Assembly: GCA_950097015.1 (NCBI GenBank)
Contig: CATNEN010000001.1
Span: 17,112,001-17,176,000 of the forward strand
DNA: 64,000 nt
DNA from: Macrostomum hystrix
Taxonomy: Eukaryota > Animalia > Platyhelminthes
Reading direction: 5' to 3'
This document shows, piece after piece, positions 59,701-64,000 of this stretch. The notes beneath the pieces are model-generated. The model made no database searches. It was not told where the DNA came from and was given only the letters and a program-made list of their open reading frames with translations. Position 1 is the stretch's first letter. Each line of letters starts with the position of its first letter. Position numbers and translations under genes: made by a program.

Positions 59701-62700
59701 ATACTCGGGATTTGAAGCTAGTTGGGAACATTGGGATTTGAAGCTACTTGGGAATATTGCGATTTCAAGCTAGTTGGGAATATTGGGATTTGAAGCTAGT
59801 TGGGAACATTGGGATTTGAAGCTACTTGGGAATATTGCGATTTCAAGCTAGTTGGGAATATTGGGATTTGAAGCTAGTTGGGAACATTGGGATTTGAAGC
59901 TACTTGGGAATATTGCGATTTCAAGCTAGTTGGGAATATTGGGATTTGAAGCTAGTTGGGAACATTGGGATTTGAAGCTAGTTGGGAATGTTGAGATTTG
60001 AAGCTACTTGGGAATATTGGGATTTGAAGCTAGTTGGGAATATTGGGATTTGAAGCTAGTTGGGAACATTGGGATTTGAAGCTAGTTGGGAATATTGGGA
60101 TTTGAAGCTAGTTGGGAATATTGGGATTTGAAGCTAGTTGGGAACATTGGGATTTGAAGCTAGTTGGGAATATTGGGATTTGAAGCTAGTTGGGAATATT
60201 GGGATTTGAAGCTAGTTGGGAATATTGGGATTTGAAGCTAGTTGGGGAATAATGGGATTTCAAGCTAGTTGGGAATATTGGGATTTGAAGCAAGTTGGGG
60301 AATAATGGGATTTCAAGCTAGTTGGGAATATTGGGATTTGAAGCTACTTGGGAATATTGGGATTTGAAGCTACTTGGGAATATTGGGATTTGAAGCTAGT
60401 TGGGAATAATGGGATTTGAAGCTACTTGGGATTGTTGGGATTTGAAGCTAGTTAGGATTATTGGGATCTGCAGGCATCTCTTAGACAGATAGAAGACCTG
60501 TCTCGCACACACCGACTGCAGGAAGACAAACAGATGCGGATGTGAGGCTGGATCTATCGTAGCTTCAAACAATGGCTTGAACAGATTGTCCAAGAAGGTC
60601 TGGAAATTGTCCAGCTGCCCGTGCCGCCTGTAGACATCGAACAGTCGGGGAATCTGGATCATCCATTGGACATTGTCGCCGAAGTCGGTCAGGCCGTACT
60701 GCAGGGCCCAGCGGGCCAGGCGGTCCCACTCGTCCGGGGTTCTGCCATAGATAGACAGCCTGAGCTCAGCGTTCTGATAATGCGACTCATTCAGGTCTTG
60801 CATGACCTCGCGCAGAATCTCGGCAAAGAATCTGCCGCCAATATAATTATCAGTCTTCAGGAATACCTCGCGCAGGTGATTCCTGCCCAGAGGATTGTAT
60901 TTGGAGTTGAATTTGTCGAATCTCTGGAAGGTGTGCCGATCGGCGTGAACGTCCAGCATGTCGATGTTCAGATCGTAGGCGGTGATTTTCATGGCCTCGA
61001 AGATCTCTTTCAGGGATAGAACCTGACCGTTGCGGTCCACGTACACCTGTAGGATGGGATCAGTAGAGGATTCAGCATTCTCTGATCCCATTTCTACCAT
61101 CTTTTCTGCTCCCATTTCTACTATCTTCTCTGATCCCACTTCTACTGTCTTTTCTGATCCCACTTCTACTGTCTTTTCTGATCCCACTTCTACTGTCTTT
61201 TCTGATCCCACTTCTACTGTCTTTTCTGATCCCATTTCTACTATCTTCTCTGATCCCATTTCTACTGTTTTCTCTGATCCCATTTCTACTGTTTTCTCTG
61301 ATCCCATTTCTACTATCCTCTGATCCCATTTCTACTATCCTCTGATCCCATTTCTACTATCCTCTGATCCCATTTCTACCATCTTTTCTGCTCCCATTTC
61401 TACTATCTTCTCGGATCCAATTTCTACTGTTTTCTCTGATCCCATTTCTACTGTTTTCTCTGATCCCATTTCTACTATCCTCTGATCCCATTTCTACTAT
61501 CCTCTGATCCCATTTCTACTATCCTCTGATCCCATTTCTACTATCCTCTGATCCCATTTCTACTATCCTCTGATCCCATTTCTACTATCCTCTGATCCCA
61601 TTTCTACTATCTTCTCGGATACAATTTCTACTGTCTTCTCTGATCCCAATTTCTACGATCTTTTCTAATCCCGATTTCTACTGTCTTCTCTGATCCTAAT
61701 TTCTACTATCTTCTCGGATCCCATTTCTACTGTCTTTTCTGATCCCATTTCTACTGTCTTTTCTGATCCCATTTCTACTATCTTCTCGGATACAATTTCT
61801 ACTGTCTTCTCTGATCCCAATTTCTACGATCTTTTCTAATCCCGATTTCTACTGTCTTCTCTGATCCTAATTTCTACTATCTTCTCGGATCCCATTTCTA
61901 CTGTCTTTTCTGATCCCATTTCTACTGTCTTTTCTGATCCCATTTCTACTATCCTCTGATCCCATTTCTACTATCCTCTGATCCCATTTCTACTATCCTC
62001 TGATCCCATGTCTACTATCTTCTCTGATCCCATTTCTACTATCCTCTCGGATCCCATTTCTACTATCCTCTATGATCCCATCTACTATCCCCCCTTAATC
62101 GGAGCGACAAGCAACAAATACTAAACATGCTACTCATTTATAAATAGCACAGTAGCAAGTATAGCAAATCGAAGGCAAACAGAAAAAAGCAACTGACCTT
62201 CTCGTTCGGATGGTGCTTCAACGAGCGCTTAATGAATCGCAATAGGTGCTTCTGGTTCATAGCCGAAGCAGCGTGTATATGATTGTCTACCTTGCGTATG
62301 TTGTAGAAGTCCCTATGAGGCACCAGTTTCTGTTCGGCACTTTCAGACAGCTCATTTAGCAGGCTGTGCAGTTGGTATTTGGACTGCAGACAAGTCAGCC
62401 GCCTGAAGCAGTAGCTCTTCAACGGACCGTTGGATGTCAGCGCAATGAGAATCTTGTGCTCGGTGACAAATGCATCCTTGTCCGAGTATTGCAGCTTGGC
62501 GCAGAACTGGGCAGTGTCCTCAGCTAGGGAGGCTAGACGGAATACCCCGGCTTCAACTGATAGTCCGATTTGGAGTCGATTCTTTGGCAGATTGTTCAGA
62601 CTGTACTCCGAATGCTGATGGTGGTGGTGGTGCTGCTGCTGCTGCTGCTTAGGCGGCTGTGACTCAGAGAGACTTGGTGCTGCTGCTGCTGCTTCCCCAC

Positions 62701-63990
62701 CGACTTGACTTGAATTAGAAGTGCCTAAACTACGACTGAGGTATCTGCGGAGCAAGGTAAAGTAAGTTAGAGAGCTAGACACGAATTGAGTGAGTGAGTG
62801 AGTGAGTGAGTGAGTGAGTGAGTGAGTGAGTGAGTGAGTGAGTGAGTGAGTGAGTGAGTGAGTGAGTGGATGAATGAGTGAGTGAGTGAGTGAGTGAGTG
62901 AGTGAGTGAGTGAGTGAGTGAGTGAGTGAGTGAGTGAGTGAGTGAGTGAGTGAGTGGATGAATGAGTGAGTGAGTGAGTGAGTGAGTGAGTGAGTGAGTG
63001 AGTGAGTGAGTGAGTGAGTGAGTGAGTGAGTGAGTGAGTGAGTGAGTGAGTGAGTGAGTGAGTGAGTGGATGAATGAGTGAGTGAGTGAGTGAGTGAGTG
63101 AGTGAGTGAGTGAGTGAGTGAGTGAGTGAGTGAGTGAGTGAGTGAGTGGATGAATGAGTGAGTGAGTGAGTGAGTGAGTGAGTGAGTGAGTGAGTGAGTG
63201 AGTGAGTGAGTGAGTGAGTGAGTAAGTGGATGAATGAGTGAGTGAGTGAGTGAGTGAGTAAGTGAGTGAGTGGATGAATGAGTGAGTGAGTGAGTGAGTG
63301 AGTGAGTGAGTGAGTGAGTGAGTGAGTGAGTGAGTGAGTGAGTGGATGAATGAGTGAGTGAGTGAGTGAGTGAGGGAGTGAGTGAGTGAGTGAGTGAGTG
63401 AGTAAGTGGATGAATGAGTGAGTGAGTGAGTGAGTGAGTGAGTGAGTGAGTGAGTGGATGAATGAGTGAGTGAGTGAGTGAGTGAGTGAGTGAGTGAGTG
63501 AGTGAGTGAGTGAATGAGTGTGAGTGAGTCAGTCCGGTCCTCACCTAGCAGTGGTGGCGCAGAAGGCTTGGCCAGCCAGTCGCATGTACCTCTGCCTGAG
63601 GTGCATGGCCCACACCAGGTGGCAGCAGGCCTCGGAGACGTCATCGTCAGTTCCGGCGCTGCTAGCCAGATCCGAGTCGCCGGAAATGCTGACCCTCTGG
63701 AAGTTCACAGCGGCTGTGTGACTGTCGATCTCGTCCGAATTGACAGCGCCGGCGTTAGTCGAGACGGAGTACAGTCGACTGATTTCGGATGTGTCCGAGC
63801 TAGAAGGAGCGGCAGCAGCAGCAGCGGCAGCAGCAGCAGCGGCAGCAGCATCTATAGTAGCCTGTCTCTCAAGTCTATGCTGCCGACTTTCGATTCGTTG
63901 TATTGGAAATTTGGACACGTTGAAGTGTCCGGCGCCGCCACCGCCGCCCACACCAATGTCGACGCTGCCGATCGGTTCGTCGTTAATCAT
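56748..63990 (-). CDS. AMPD: AMP deaminase; join(63990..63545, 62744..62198, 61046..60513, 59425..59138, 57836..57365, 56827..56748); 788 aa visible, may extend 5' beyond the window
   Basis: Motifs [88 protein letters not shown]. All introns are GT-AG with matching phases; 2367 nt total. CTCCAG acceptor ends at 63995. Confidence 0.93.
56895..57300. repeat. 24-bp minisatellite (CCTTTGATCCCAACTCTCTCCTCT)n in the last AMPD intron
   Basis: Tandem repeat. Confidence 0.96.
58755..59008. repeat. 29-bp minisatellite (GAKAGGGGATAACTGCAGATGGGCTGTGG)n in an AMPD intron
   Basis: Tandem repeat, ~8 copies. Confidence 0.93.
59672..60468. repeat. 26-bp minisatellite (TGGGATTTGAAGCTAGTTGGGAATAT)n in an AMPD intron
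   Basis: Tandem repeat. Confidence 0.96.
61078..62092. repeat. 22-24-bp minisatellite (TCTGATCCCATTTCTACTATC[C/TTC])n in an AMPD intron
   Basis: Tandem repeat. Confidence 0.95.
62787..63530. repeat. (TGAG)n tetranucleotide microsatellite, ~740 bp, with periodic TGGATGAA interruptions
   Basis: Fills the 800-bp AMPD intron 63544-62745. Confidence 0.98.
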
Positions 63991-64000
63991 CGCGCTGGAG

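Noticed and set aside
27769-63544. Consistent purine/pyrimidine orientation of intronic arrays relative to transcription
   Set aside because: Both orientations occur within the same genes.
7749-63644. Many long repetitive ORFs (e.g. 16036-17520, 36977-38206, 38203-39198, 51838-52809, 55836-56586, 62775-63644)
   Set aside because: They are translations of minisatellites, open in several frames and on both strands, and many lie in introns.

Overview
Eukaryotic animal genomic DNA with spliceosomal GT-AG introns and GC-rich exons in an AT-rich background. Roughly 40% of the window (my estimate) is made of about 30 different 4-48 bp tandem arrays. This style suggests a free-living flatworm such as Macrostomum, which is inference only. 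Genes: a 2-exon Ly6/three-finger GPI-anchored protein (+); four intronless Tyr-type (sigma-like) glutathione S-transferases; a small secreted-protein gene that may be frameshifted (-); a 6-coding-exon NR1-like nuclear receptor with a non-canonical second zinc finger (-); and a 6-exon AMP deaminase (-) whose 5' end is at the window edge. Mobile DNA: a full-length RTE-type LINE with TSD and one 4-bp frameshift, a hAT MITE, a Merlin-like MITE, two tRNA-derived SINE families and a decayed Ty3/Gypsy fragment. Main oddities: collinear 28S rRNA H69/H71 sequence split by about 370 nt at the R2/I-PpoI site; inverted copies of one minisatellite bracketing a GST whose orientation is flipped relative to its closest paralogues; CDS-limited homogenisation of three GSTs; a different minisatellite in 9 of 10 NR/AMPD introns, many sharing short cores; and a stop-free in-frame AMPD intron.
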